A stretch of DNA of 64,000 nt from Oikopleura dioica (lineage: Eukaryota > Animalia > Chordata): assembly GCA_907165135.1 (NCBI GenBank), contig OU015568.1:5146001-5210000 (forward strand). Direction: 5' to 3'. This document shows positions 11,833 to 23,778 of the stretch, one piece after another. The notes below the pieces were generated by a model that searched no databases, was not told the origin of the DNA, and worked only from the letters and a program-made list of their open reading frames with translations. A program made the position numbers and the translations under genes. How positions within the stretch are numbered: the first letter of the stretch is position 1; every line of letters begins with the position of its first letter.

Positions 11833-13676
11833 TCAAGCAAAGGCAAAAAGAAGAAGAAAAACAGTGGTGAATGAAATGATTTCTTTACCAGCCCCGCCAG
11901 AGACGCCGGGAAGTTTGCTAGCTTCTTTGTTCTCAGTTTGTGCTTGAGATTTGAAGGAGACGAGGTCTTCGCAGTTCTTGACGTCGCCACAGACCATCTT
12001 TTCGGTGGCGGAAGAAAGGTCAGCTGACATTTCATCGGCAAGAGCTCTGAAGTCTTCTTCCTTGATTCCCTTCTTGACCGCGTTTATCGCTAAAGAGCGA
12101 GTTATGAAAGAAAAAGGGAGGGAAAAACGTACCATGTTCATCCATTCCGGCCATTATCAAAAGTTCGTCCATGTTTGACTTTATTGTTTTCACCATATTC
12201 GGAACTGATTTGAGCACTGCCTGTCCCACTTCACTCATCTTGTACATATCATACGACAATGGTTGCTGTCCCGCTGGAGGTGTTTCAGATTTCATGAAGT
12301 CGCCAAGAATACTCATAACATCACTCATCATTGTTGAGCTTTCCGCTTGTCTTCGTCTTCGAGTCGCCATGTTCATCAATTGAGAGAGATCTCCTTCCAA
12401 TAGTTGATCTACATTGACTTGAGATAACAAATCCTCAACGCCATTCATTTCTCCCATCAGATCTTCAAAAAGCTGGGCGCCGTCTTCTGTCAGCTTTGTG
12501 CAGGCGTTTTCGTTTAGTAGAAAGTGTTTTGATAGACGGTATTCAAAATAGATCATCTTTCCGATGCTCAGAAGTCCTTCTTTGCCGCTTTAAAAACAAC
12601 TCAACGTCGATTCCTAGCGTTTTTCCTACCTGACCGCATTGTTGAATTCGCGGATTAGACCCAAGGCAAGTGGTTTTACTTTATTAAAGATCGGCATCAC
12701 CTTGAAAACAAATTTTACGATCATAAATTCAGCGGTAAATCTAACCTCGTCCATTATTAAGCATTGCTCATCATACTCGCCTAGATTTGATGGATCGGCG
12801 GAAGCAGTAAATTTGATCGCCTGGATAATTGTTCTCACGGTGTCTTTAGCTTCTCCCCAGAGATCGGATTGAGCCAACTAGAATTATCTAATTACAGTTT
12901 TTTCGGGAACTATCGGAGCGAAAAGAGTAGCATCAATATTTATCTTGATTTTTTAGGAGTAAGTTGCTGTTGACTTTGATAAACCAACTGTTTTTCTTTC
13001 AAGGTAAATTTGATGAATTTTTCAATTCGATTTCTATTTATCATTATGTTACCATGAATGCTTTGACTTCTTCAAGCATCGCGACAAGTCGGTCCACTTG
13101 TGGATTCACACTGAATAATTAACATCATTCTTTTGTTCGCTTTCAACTAAAAATTACCCAAGTTTGCGGAAAATGTTCAAAATTATGCCGACAATAGACT
13201 CGGTAAAGTCCGTCGCAGCTTTCAACTCGTCTCCTTGCGATTCCATAGCGGGGATAATTGCAGAGACAACCTTGTTGCACCAGTTTTTGTTCATGTTGCT
13301 CAAAAGTCCTGAAAGAAAAGCTGCAGAAACCTCTCACAGATTATGTTACTTTCAGTTATTTTCATCCCATCAACGACTGTGAAGGCCTGGAAATCCTTGT
13401 CCGTGAGAAATTCGGTGATCTGCTCGTCCAGATCCTCGATGTATTCACGCACGACATTCAATGCTCCCACAAGATCATCGTCTTCAGGTTTTCTCTGAAA
13501 ACCAAATCATCGATTAGAATTCGATTCTGATGACCTACTTTGCAAATGTTCTGAAACTCGATGTCGTCAAAGAAGCTCCCAATCTCTGAAACTCCATTCC
13601 CGTAATCATCATAAAAGTAGTTCTCCCACTGTGCTTGACTTATTCCTAGAAAAACGCCCAATTTAAAGAGCATCAT
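11833..13676 (-). CDS. Orphan secreted, probably GPI-anchored protein, tandem paralogue 1
   Basis: Signal peptide MMLFKLGVFLGISQA; several short GT-AG introns; internal TRRRRQ; hydrophobic C-terminus EIISFTTVFLLLFAFA*; highly similar to 16863-18710. Confidence 0.75.
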
Positions 13677-13725
13677 TTTTTCTCGAGTTTTTTGACAGAC
13701 TGATGAGCAGAGTGTTGTTTTCCTG

Positions 13726-13733
13726 CTTTTATA
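13726..13733 (-). promoter_or_regulatory. TATA box of paralogue 1
   Basis: TATAAAAG about 50 bp upstream of the ATG, in a context (gccatc.aaaattataaaag) shared with paralogue 3. Confidence 0.6.
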
Positions 13734-14098
13734 ATTTTTGATGGCGCTGCTCGATTAGTGTGCCTTTGACGAGTTCAAAAAGAATGATTAGCTGTGGTCA
13801 GCTGAATGATTTCACGATCGGTCATAACACGCTAGGAACAAATAGGAAACATATATGTTGTAAAATTGTCCGGTCAATTAGTACTTCTTTGTGACAATAC
13901 TGATACAGACAGAATATCGATCATAATAGGCTTTTTTAAATCGGTTTTTTTAAAGAAAAAATATCTGAATATCTTTTAATCTGGACGAGATTAAATAGAC
14001 GATATTGTAAATCAATCATTTTATTAAGAACAGTCAATTTCAAAAAGTGAATATCATGGACTCATGAGTCATGGTCATGCATTTTATCATTCTCTAAG

Positions 14099-16207
14099 TT
14101 AAGCAAAAGTATAAGCCAAGAGGCAAATAGAAGAAATAGAGCTCAGCATTCTTTCTGCCCTGCTTTCAATATCTGCGACGTATGGAGCATTTTCCTTTTC
14201 CACTTGAGCCTTAAAAGCTTCCAAAGCATCGCAATTACTGTCAGTTTCACAGATCATTTTTCTTGTAGCAGAAAGAAGAACCGAAGACATTTGGTCAGCG
14301 ATCACTCGGAATTTTTCTTCCTTGATTTCATCCAGGACAAGTTTTGCTGCTAAGAAGTGTTCAACTCGTAAATGTCAAAATATTTTTTGATGCTTACTTT
14401 CCTCAACCACTTCCATAATTTCAAGCACTGGATCAATTTCTGACTTGATAGTTTTCACCATATTCGGAAGGGCTTGGAGCAAGGTTTCTCCGATCAGGCT
14501 CATTTTAAACAGATCGTATGTCAATGGCTGCTGTCCAAATGGCGCGATTTCAGACTCAACGAAATCTCCAAGAAGGCCCATCATTTCCCCAATCATTGCC
14601 AACCCATCCTGCTCTCTTCTCCGCCGACCGGACAGCTTTTCCAACTCTCTTGTAAAGTACTCAACTATTCCGCTCCCATCTTGCATAAGCTTTGAGCAGG
14701 CGTTATCATTGAACAAAAAATGCTTTGCAAAGCGGTACTCAAAATAAATCATCTTTCCAATGCTCAGAAGACCTTGTTTCTCCCTAAAATGAATGCTTTA
14801 TTTGATTCGTCAAATATTTTGAATTACCAAAAAGCTTCTTGAAAGTCGGAGATAAGTCCTTGTGCTAATGGTTTTACTGTATCTATAATCGGCATCACCT
14901 TAAATGAATAACTTCGTTTAAAATTGAGGGGAGGGAAATTACTTCGTCCATCTCAGAGCAAGTCCTTTCGGAATCAAAAGCACCAAGAATATTGCCAAGA
15001 ATATCGCTCAAATTTTCTGAATCATTTGAAGAAAAATCGATTGACTTGAGAATAGCTTCCATTATCTCTGAAGCTTCGCCAAAAAGATCAACTCGCTGTA
15101 ACTAAACATATTCGAGTACACGCAAGTTATTAGCAATAAATCATACCAAGAATCCCCTCATTTCTTCAACCATAGCGAAAAATCGGGTGAACTCCGATCC
15201 GAGACTGAAACTAAAAGAATAGACATCACTCGTTTCTATAATTATTACTCAATATCAGTGTTGAATATCTCAAGAAAAACTTGAGTTACAGCTTTTGTGA
15301 TTTCCGATACTGTTTCTTGCTCATCACTTCCATTTTCCAGCGCTGGCTTTACCGCGGAAATCACCTTATTACACCAGCTTTTCTTGAAGTTCGTCAAAAT
15401 TCCTATGAATATATCAATTTTCCATGTATTCTTTTCCTGTTAAAATGACCTTCAATTATCATCATGAAATCAACAATGGTAAAAGCCTGGAAATCAGAGT
15501 TCGTGAAGAGTTGAGTGACCGGTTTGTCCAAATCTTCAATGTATTGACGAACAACATTTAGTGATTCCACAAGAGAATCGTTCGCTGGTGCTTTCTTCAA
15601 AATAAAAAGATGAAGGATGAGAAAACGGGTTCAAGATAGACTGTACCATGCAGACATTCTCAAAGTCTCAAAAAAGTTGACTTCTGATAGAAAATTTTCA
15701 ATTTGATTCCCGAAATACGAAATCGTTACATCATCATCATAGAGACTTTATACCAGTTCTCTGGTCTGTAGCAACAATATATAGCAATGAAGAACTCTAG
15801 GGTTTAAAATCACATCTTTTTCTTCGACATTTAAAAACTGAAGATAGCTAATTCCGTTGGCTTTTATGGTTAATTTTTCATGGCGCTGCTTAGTACTTTT
15901 CTAACAATCTCAAGATTTAGTTTTGGTTTCTTTTGAGGACTTCAGAGTCCGCTTTTTAAGAAAAAAAGTATGGGGTCAACAGTTGACCGTCAACTATTAG
16001 TACCTTGCAGATGTTCTTGAAGTCGTTGTCAGTATAGAATGCCTCGACTTCAGAGAGTATAGATTCAAGTTGATACTCGTAGTACCCAATCGTCATTGGC
16101 CAGTAGGAATCGCTGCTATCAGAGTACCAGTAGTAATCATAGTGATACCGGTTGTATGATTTGGCCAGACACGAAACTAGAAGCAACTCTAGAGTAAAAA
16201 ATCTCAT
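14099..16207 (-). CDS. Orphan secreted, probably GPI-anchored protein, tandem paralogue 2 (most divergent)
   Basis: Signal peptide MRFFTLELLLVSCLA; exon 1 ends FKNICK|gt; shared blocks LNVVRQYIEDLD..DFQAFTIVD and GLLSIGKMIYFEYRF; SGRRRRE; C-terminus SSISSICLLAYTFA*. Confidence 0.7.
15645..15815 (-). pseudogene. Dead duplicate of exon 1 inside intron 1 of paralogue 2
   Basis: Reads M*F*TLEFF against MRFFTLELL, then frameshifted ISYFGNQIENFLSEV..FENVCM|gt against IGYYEYQLESILSEV..FKNICK|gt. Confidence 0.7.
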
Positions 16208-16862
16208 CTTTCAAAGTTCTCAAGTCTGAAGAGTGGTAAACTCCTTCGTCGCTTTTATGGCAATTTTTCGACCGCAATGTTTAGTGTTCTTTTGTTTCTC
16301 TCTCAGGATTAAGTTTCGATTTCCCTTTTTGATGAAGCGTTTATTTATAGGAAAAGATAGGATGACAAGGTAATCCGAATCGCTCTACGATAACATTCCG
16401 AATGAGAATGAGAGGAAAAGGAAAACACGGTTGAAAAAGTCGATGAATTTTTCAATTTGAAAATATTTTATATTTTATACAGTAGGTTGCGCTGGTTATT
16501 GCCCCTAAAGAGCGATAATGATTTGCTGTGGTCAGCTAAAGGATTTCACGATCAATCATAACACGCTCGGAACAGATAGGAAATATTTGTAGCGTAAAAT
16601 TCAAGCCAAAATTCAAGCCATTTAAATCAAGCATAATAGAACCGTTACAATGTTCTGATTTAGCGTCAACTTGTTTAAAAATTTATCTAAAGCTCGAATT
16701 AAAATTTTGCGAACACGGAAATTATTTAATTAATTTATTTTACAATCTTTAAATTGTAAAGTTTACAATATGGTACAATTAGAAAAAATGAGCTATCAGT
16801 TAGAATAAAAATTGAAGAAACAACTATCATGCTCTGAAAGTGTGCTGGCGCTCAAGATACGG

Positions 16863-18710
16863 TTAAGCAAATACAAATAGGAGGAGAAGAACAGTGGTAA
16901 ATGAAATAATTTCTATGTCAGCACCGCCATTATCAGCGGCGTCATTGTCAGCGGCGCCATAGAGTCCGATTGGTTCGACAGCTTCGTTGAATTCAGTTTG
17001 TGCTTGAGATTTGAAGGAGACAAGGTCTTCGCAATTCTTAACGTCGCCACAGACCATCTTTTCGGTGGCAGAAGAAAGGTCAGCTGATATTGCATCGGCA
17101 AAAGCTCGCAAGTCCTCTTCTTTGATTCCATCCATCACCATGATGATTGCTTAAAGGATGAGAAAATCGCTCAAAGGAATATAAATACTTACTCTGCTGG
17201 TCCATTCCGACCATTTCCAAAAGTGGGCCCATGTTCGACTTCACCGTCTTCACCATATTCGGGACTGATTTAAGAACTGCCTCTCCGATTTGACTCATCT
17301 TGTAAATATCGTAAGTCAACGGTTTCTGCCCCGCTGGGGTTTTCTGATTTCACAAAGTCCCCAAGAATACTCATAATGTCATTCATCATCATCGAACTTT
17401 CTGCTTCTCTACGTCTTCTTCCAGTAGTCGCCATGTTCATCAATTGAGAAAGATCACCTGCCAAGAGTTGATCCACATTGACTTGAAATAAAAAATTTTC
17501 AACGCCATTCATCTCTCCCATCAAGTCTCCAATAAGCTTGGCGCCGTCTTCTGTCAGCTTTGTACAGGCCTTTTCGTTTAGTAGAAAGTGTTTTGAAAGA
17601 CGGTATTCAAAATAGATCATCTTTCCGATACTCAGAAGTCCTTCTTTGCCGCTTAGAAATCAACTGCACTTTTATTTCAAACGCGTTTCTACCTGAACGC
17701 ATTGTTGAATTCGCCAATAAGTCCTAAAGCAAGTGGCTTTACTATGTCAACGATCGGCATCACCTTAATTGATTTTAACGAGCTTTATAAATCAGTTAAG
17801 CTTACTTCATTCATAAATATGCATTGCTGATCAAAGTCATCCAAATTTGAAGGGTCTGCGGAAGCAGTTAACTTGATAGACCGGACAATGTCTTTAGCTT
17901 CTCCAAAAAGATCGGATTGTGCCAACTAAAATAATCGAATTGTCATGGGTTTTGGGGAAAACTCAGAGCGAAAAAATTGACTGGGATGAGCCAACTGTTT
18001 ATCCTAAAATTTAAAATTTGATAAAATTTCAGTTCGAATTTATATTACCATGAATGCTTTTACTTCTTCAAGCATCGCAACAAGTCGGTCCACTTGTGGA
18101 TTCACACTTAATTTCGTTCAGTTATTAATTAACATCATTCTCTTTTCCGCTTTCAAGTAAAAGTTACCCGAGTCCTCGAAAAATGTTCAAAATAACGCCA
18201 ACAATGGAGTCGGCAAAGTCGGTAGTGGTTTGTTTCAATTCGTCTACCCCCGATTCCATAGCGGGGACGTAGACTGAGAGGAACTTGTTGCACCAGTTTA
18301 TGTTCATGTTTTTTAGAAATCCTAGAAGAGAAAACTATGAAAACTCTCAGATAAATCTTCACCTTCCGCAATTTTCATCATGTCAACAAGAGTGAAGGCC
18401 TGAAAATCCTTGTTCGTGAGGAATTCGGTAAAATGCTCGTCCATGACTTCGATCAATCCACGGACATCATTCAATGCTCCGACCAAAAAATCGTCTTCTG
18501 GCGTTCTCTGAAAACCAAATCATCTTTTCTAAGTCATTCGATTATAAAATATCTTACCTTGCAAATACTCTGGAACTCGATGTTTTCAAAGAAACTCCCT
18601 ATCGCTGAAACCTCATTTCCATAATCTCCAAACATGTCTTCATATGAACTATAGTTCTCCCACTGAGCATGACTTATTCCTAGAAAAATACCCAATTCGA
18701 AGAGCCTCAT
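16863..18710 (-). CDS. Orphan secreted, probably GPI-anchored protein, tandem paralogue 3
   Basis: Signal peptide MRLFELGIFLGISHA; TGRRRRE; C-terminus EIISFTTVLLLLFVFA*; exon structure mirrors paralogue 1. Confidence 0.75.
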
Positions 18711-18760
18711 TTTTAACTCTAGTTTTTGAAAGACTACTGAGAATGAGTGCTGATCTCCTT

Positions 18761-18768
18761 CTTTTATA
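18761..18768 (-). promoter_or_regulatory. TATA box of paralogue 3
   Basis: TATAAAAG about 50 bp upstream of ATG 18710, same flanking context as paralogue 1. Confidence 0.6.
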
Positions 18769-18897
18769 ATTTTCGATGGCGCTCTAGAGTAGAAACAGTG
18801 GTCCCTCCTTAGTTTTGTTTGGCGCATCCCCCTTTTCCCCTCACCGGTTCCTTTTCCTGTTTTCACCTCACAACTTGGAATATTATCAAGCCGCTAC

Positions 18898-19191
18898 CAG
18901 GGTTTAAAAAGTCACAAATGCCCAGTGCTCTGGGCATGCCGACTTTTCGACTTCTCTTTCGACTTTCGACTTTCGACTAAATTTCGACTTTCGACTAAAT
19001 TTCGACTTTTCGACTAATTTTCGATTTTTTCGACTAAATTTATATATTTTTCAAGTTTTTCGACTTTTCGACTAATAAGTCAACTAAGTCGACTCGACTC
19101 GACTAGCAAGTTTCAAAAACGCTTTCGACTCGACTCGACTTCTGATTTTCAGCTCAGATTAAGAACCCTGGCTCAGACTTTTCAAACCCTG
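18898..19191. mobile_element. hAT-like MITE with internal ttcgact arrays
   Basis: TIR cagggtttaaaaagtc / gacttttcaaaccctg; 8-bp TSD gccgctac / gccgcttc (7 of 8). Confidence 0.8.
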
Positions 19192-19285
19192 GCCGCTTCC
19201 ATTTCTCTGCACCATCATCATCTCATATCATTTTTAGAAGAGAGTCCGCGCTGCTTAGCCCAATGATTTCAGAAATGGTCTGCTC

Positions 19286-19723
19286 AGCTCAACTCGATAA
19301 ATTCTGAGACTAATCAGCTCAGCTTAATTCCATGATTTTTTGAGAAGACCAGCTCAGCTCACACTATTTCGCTTCTTTTAATACTGTAAAACCTGCTCAA
19401 CTTGGCTCGAAATTGTGTCTGCTCAGATCAGCTCAACAGCTTACGAAAAAGATCTGCTCAGCTCAATGATTTTTTAAAAAGTCCAGCTCAGCTCAGCTCA
19501 ATAAGCAAAAATTCTACTCAGCTCAGCTCTGAAAAACTTCAATCAGAATCAGCTCAGCTCAGCAATAAGGACAAAATTTGCATCCATGGGGCGTCTCCTA
19601 GTTCATTTTGACTCAAAGCTCAAAAATTACAACAAATAGTCTATTTGTTAAATGCTTCGAGTCAAAAATGAACTAGGAGACGCCCCATGGATGCAAATTT
19701 TGTCCTTATTGCTGAGCTGAGCT
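19286..19723. repeat. cagct(cagct) array ending in a 173-bp hairpin (19551-19723)
   Basis: Many cagctcagct units; about 64-bp inverted arms at 19551-19614 and 19659-19723; internal motifs resemble the MITEs at 46302 and 57181. Confidence 0.8.
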
Positions 19724-20064
19724 ATTTGAAATAGCTCGTATAAGCTACGTATAACTGGCATGCAATTAGCTGCATTACTCTTCTTGATCCTAGTTCATTC
19801 CTCCTTTTTCGCAAAACTTTAATAATTAAATCAGTTTGTGATTTCAGACTTGACCGACCCGAGTTGACTTCCCCTCGAGCGCGTGAATAACTCGTCGTCC
19901 GCGCCAGGGTTTTGGCAGCGCGAATTGGCGAACACGCGTAGGTGGTGTTTCTGGAACGAATGGAATTTCTCCTTGAAAATCTCATACAATTTTCATAAAA
20001 ACATCCCGGAAAAAAAGAATAAAATATTGATGATTGATTGAAAGAGAAAATATGGATCTTTACG

Positions 20065-23000
20065 ATGGAGAGCTGGATTTTAGCGAAATTGATGGAGTTT
20101 TACGCGAATCGGTCAGATCTGATAATGATTATTCGATAGCCAGGTAAATTTCTTTTGTTTTTCTTGAATCAATGTTTTCACAAAGTTCTGCTTCAACAGC
20201 CGTATCAAGAGAAATCGCCCATCTTCGGTCAGAAGTCCGGAAAATCGCGGAAAATGCGACTCGTTCAAAAGAAAAAGCTCTTCGAGAGAAGAAAATCGCC
20301 CAAAACAACTCGATCATCGAAAGAAAAAAGAGCAAAATCGCCGAAGACAAGGTGAAACAAGTGGCGGAAATGGCCGAGCAAATCAAGAGAATGTCTGATC
20401 AGAAGATTCGCCAGAGCAAGGAGAGAATCGACCAGCTCAAGGAAGGGTTTTCGGATGATATTATCGCGGAAAATTTCGGTGAAAATTGAGTTAGAAAACT
20501 GAACAAAAGGATGAACTATCGAGGACGAAAGCAAAACTGGGGACCTTCGAGGATCAAAGCTCAAAACTGGAACGATGCAAGATAAGAATTTCAAGTCTAG
20601 AAGATACGCTAGAAAGAGTCAAGGCTACGGTTCAAATATGATCATTCAGTGTTCAAAATTGAACAAACCATAAAATTAGTAAATGTAAAAATTTTCTGGA
20701 TTTTAAATTTTTTTTCGTTCGAGACATACCAAGATAATAAGATAATTTATACCAGTTAGCTGACTGCTCCATTAACAAACATTTTTTTCGATAATCAGAT
20801 TTAATTGAAATTTTCATTAACCGATAAAAGACCGAAAAATCAAAAGCACTGGCAGAATTTCAGCTCGAGCGAGAGCGCCGAATTCGCGGAGAAAACCGAC
20901 TCACAGCCGAAAACGACTTCGACCAAGAACTTCAATCCCGCACCCACGAGCTGGAATTCGAGCTCAAGGAGAAAAAGAAAGAAAACGCCAACCTGGACCG
21001 CCGATTCACCGAACGAGGAGAGAAGCTCGCCGAAGTGACGGTGAAAATGAATGAGTTTTCAAAAGAAAATATTCGGCTGAAAAAGAGGCTGGAGAAAATC
21101 AACCAAACGAATAAGGAAATGAATCGCGAAGCTGCTGAGACCGGGGGAGACCTTGAAAAGGCTCTGGACGCCCTGAAGACGCTGAAATCAGAACTGAAGA
21201 CGAAAAACGACTTGGTCAAGAAAAAAGATCATCAAATAGCGGCGCTGGAATCCGAGCGCGCTGAACTGGTCGAAAATATCGACGGAATCCGGGCGAACGA
21301 GAGGATTCAGAAAGATTCCAAAAGCGATGTGGAAAGAAGACTGGTCGTTGCTCTTCAGGACCATGCGATAGCGCAAATCACGATCAAGGAACTCGAGGAA
21401 AAGCTGACGGAAAGAGTGGAGCTGTTCGAAGGGTTGAGGGAGAAGGTTGAGGAGGATGCGAAGAAAGAGAATCAGAATATGGTTGAAAATCTTCAGGAGG
21501 AAATAAAATCAGGTAAATAGTGTTTGCGATTAGTTATAATTTTAATAATTATGATAATTTTTTGTTTTCATTGGACATAATTTTGGATGATCATTACAGA
21601 CCGATTCGAAGAAAATGTTCTTAAAATTTCTTTTCCGAATGGGATGATTCTCAAAATTAAGAATTTCATTCATTTTTTCTTCTATTATGGTTTTCATATT
21701 CAGCCGAATCTCGAAAGGCCCAACTTCAAGCCGTAATCGACGGCCAAAAAGATACGATTTCCACCATCGAAGAAGAAAAAACCAAACTCGAACGAGAGTT
21801 AAAGACTTATAAATCCTCAACAGCTGTTGGAAACAAAGAACTTATTGAGAAAACTTCCGAGTGCACTCGACTTACTTCTGAAGTCACTGCGTTGGAGAAG
21901 AAAATAAAGGACTTGACGAAGAAGATTACGAGTTTGGACTCTGAGCGAAAATCGCTGAAGAAAATTTCCGAATCTTTGGCGAAAAAACTCGATAAAAGTC
22001 AACAAGAAAACGACGACCAAAAAGTCAAAACTCTCACTCTTGAGAGACGAAGCGACAGTCTAGTAGACGAAATCAAATGTCTGAAAGACGAGATCCGCGG
22101 GAAGGAAAAAGAACTGGAAGAAGAAGTGGCGAAGGTAGAGGGCTATCGATCGAAAATTGGCGATTTGGAAATGAAGATGCAAAATTTTGACGGTCAAATT
22201 GTCGATTCTACACAGCGGGTAAAATCGCTAGAATTCGATTTGAAATGCAAAGAAAAAGAAGCTATGGATCTAAAAGAACAGTTAAATAATGAATCAAACA
22301 GGTAATGAAGACGACAAAAATAAGAAATTATAATCAACAAGGACTAGCAATTATCTCGTTCATTTCTAGGTGCGATGAAATTAACGCAAATTTGGAGTCG
22401 ACTCGTTCAAAATACCTCGTCAGCGAGCAGAAAATTACTGAACTAAAGATTGCGCTCCAAACAGCCGAACTGACTTCAGAAGCGAAGGTCAATCAAGATG
22501 AGAGGCAGAGAGAGGAGCTCCTGCAACTTAGAAAACTCAACAGAAAATTGGATAGAGAAATTTCTATGTACAAGGTAAAATAATCAGAAGAGATAGGCAA
22601 CCTGTGAAGAAAACCTGAGTCAGGAGTCTTGACAGATCTTTTATTGCCTTGAGAAAGACCCTGACTCAGTTTCGTTATACGGGTTTCCTTCTTGGTGAAA
22701 TTCAAGTCTATCTTTTCGATCGAAAAATCTGTTCCTGGGAACCTCAAATATTTACGCTTATTTACTATCTCTCCATAATTCATGTTCTTCGTAGGAAATC
22801 CTGACAACGAGCTCATCAACAGAAGCCAAAAACACAGAGAGACTCGTCGAGCTGCGAAAAAGCCTGAATGAATTGACGGAGCAAAAGTTAGATGCCGAAT
22901 CAGAGTTGCAAAAGTTCATTTCGGAGAATGAATCGCTCAGAGGAAAAGTGAAGGAATTGGAGAAGGAAAGCGTGAATATCAAAAAGACGGTAATGGTGAA

Positions 23001-23673
23001 TATGGAAGCGGTTCAAAATGCGGAACTTGAAAGGTTAAAAATAGGGTCTCCCTTTCAATATTGAGTTTTCTTTAGAACAAGAATTGAGCTTTCGAATGAG
23101 CGTCAACGCGCAATGTCCGCCGAAAAACTCAACGAAATCCTCCAAACGCGTCTCCGGCGACAAGCAACCGCAGAAGCTGAATCAAACAAATACTCCAAAG
23201 AAATCATCGAGCGCCTGGAGTCTGAGCTCTCTCAACGCTCTTCAGACACTCCGACGCTTAGAAGCTCGAAACCAAACTCGGCCAGAAGTGGGAAAAGCGA
23301 TACGTTGAGCATAAACGACGAGATATCAAGGACGATCGAGAAGATAGACGAAATGGCGGTTCATAATTTGGAACCGGATTTCGGCGACGTGGAAGAAATG
23401 AAAAAGCAAATTCAGGCGATCAAAGATAATTTGGAGCAATCGACTGTTTCGGAATCGTCAACTCTGCTTCATGAAGTCAGCCAATTCAACGTCGAACTAG
23501 AGTCCTTTCTGACTGAGGCTGATCAGGTACAATTTCGAGGTGAAATATTCTTATGCTCATTTCAGTCGCATTCGGACACACTCCTGATCGACGATTTCAA
23601 AGCCAAACTGATCGACATCGAATCTCGCCTCAACGCGCTTCCCGAAGACATCTCATCTCTGCCAAATGCTTAG
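20065..23673 (+). CDS. Long multi-exon coiled-coil protein, family not recognised
   Basis: Consecutive E/K/L-rich heptad exons joined by short GT-AG introns (first exon MGELDFSEIDG..IAS|SASTAVSREIAH); stop at 23671-23673. Middle exon boundaries not all verified. Confidence 0.7.
22615..22668. repeat. Minimal member of an AAACCTGASTCAGG-ended repeat family (intronic)
   Basis: aaacctgagtcaggagtctt ... aagaccctgactcagttt; same end motif at 33901-34052 and 63640-63670. Confidence 0.5.
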
Positions 23674-23778
23674 ATTTTAATTTTTAATTTCTGTTTTTTC
23701 ACACACACTTTTCTATTTTTATAAGTTTCTTATTTTAACTCTCATTCTCTCTATAAAATTGTAGATTTTGAAGGAAAA

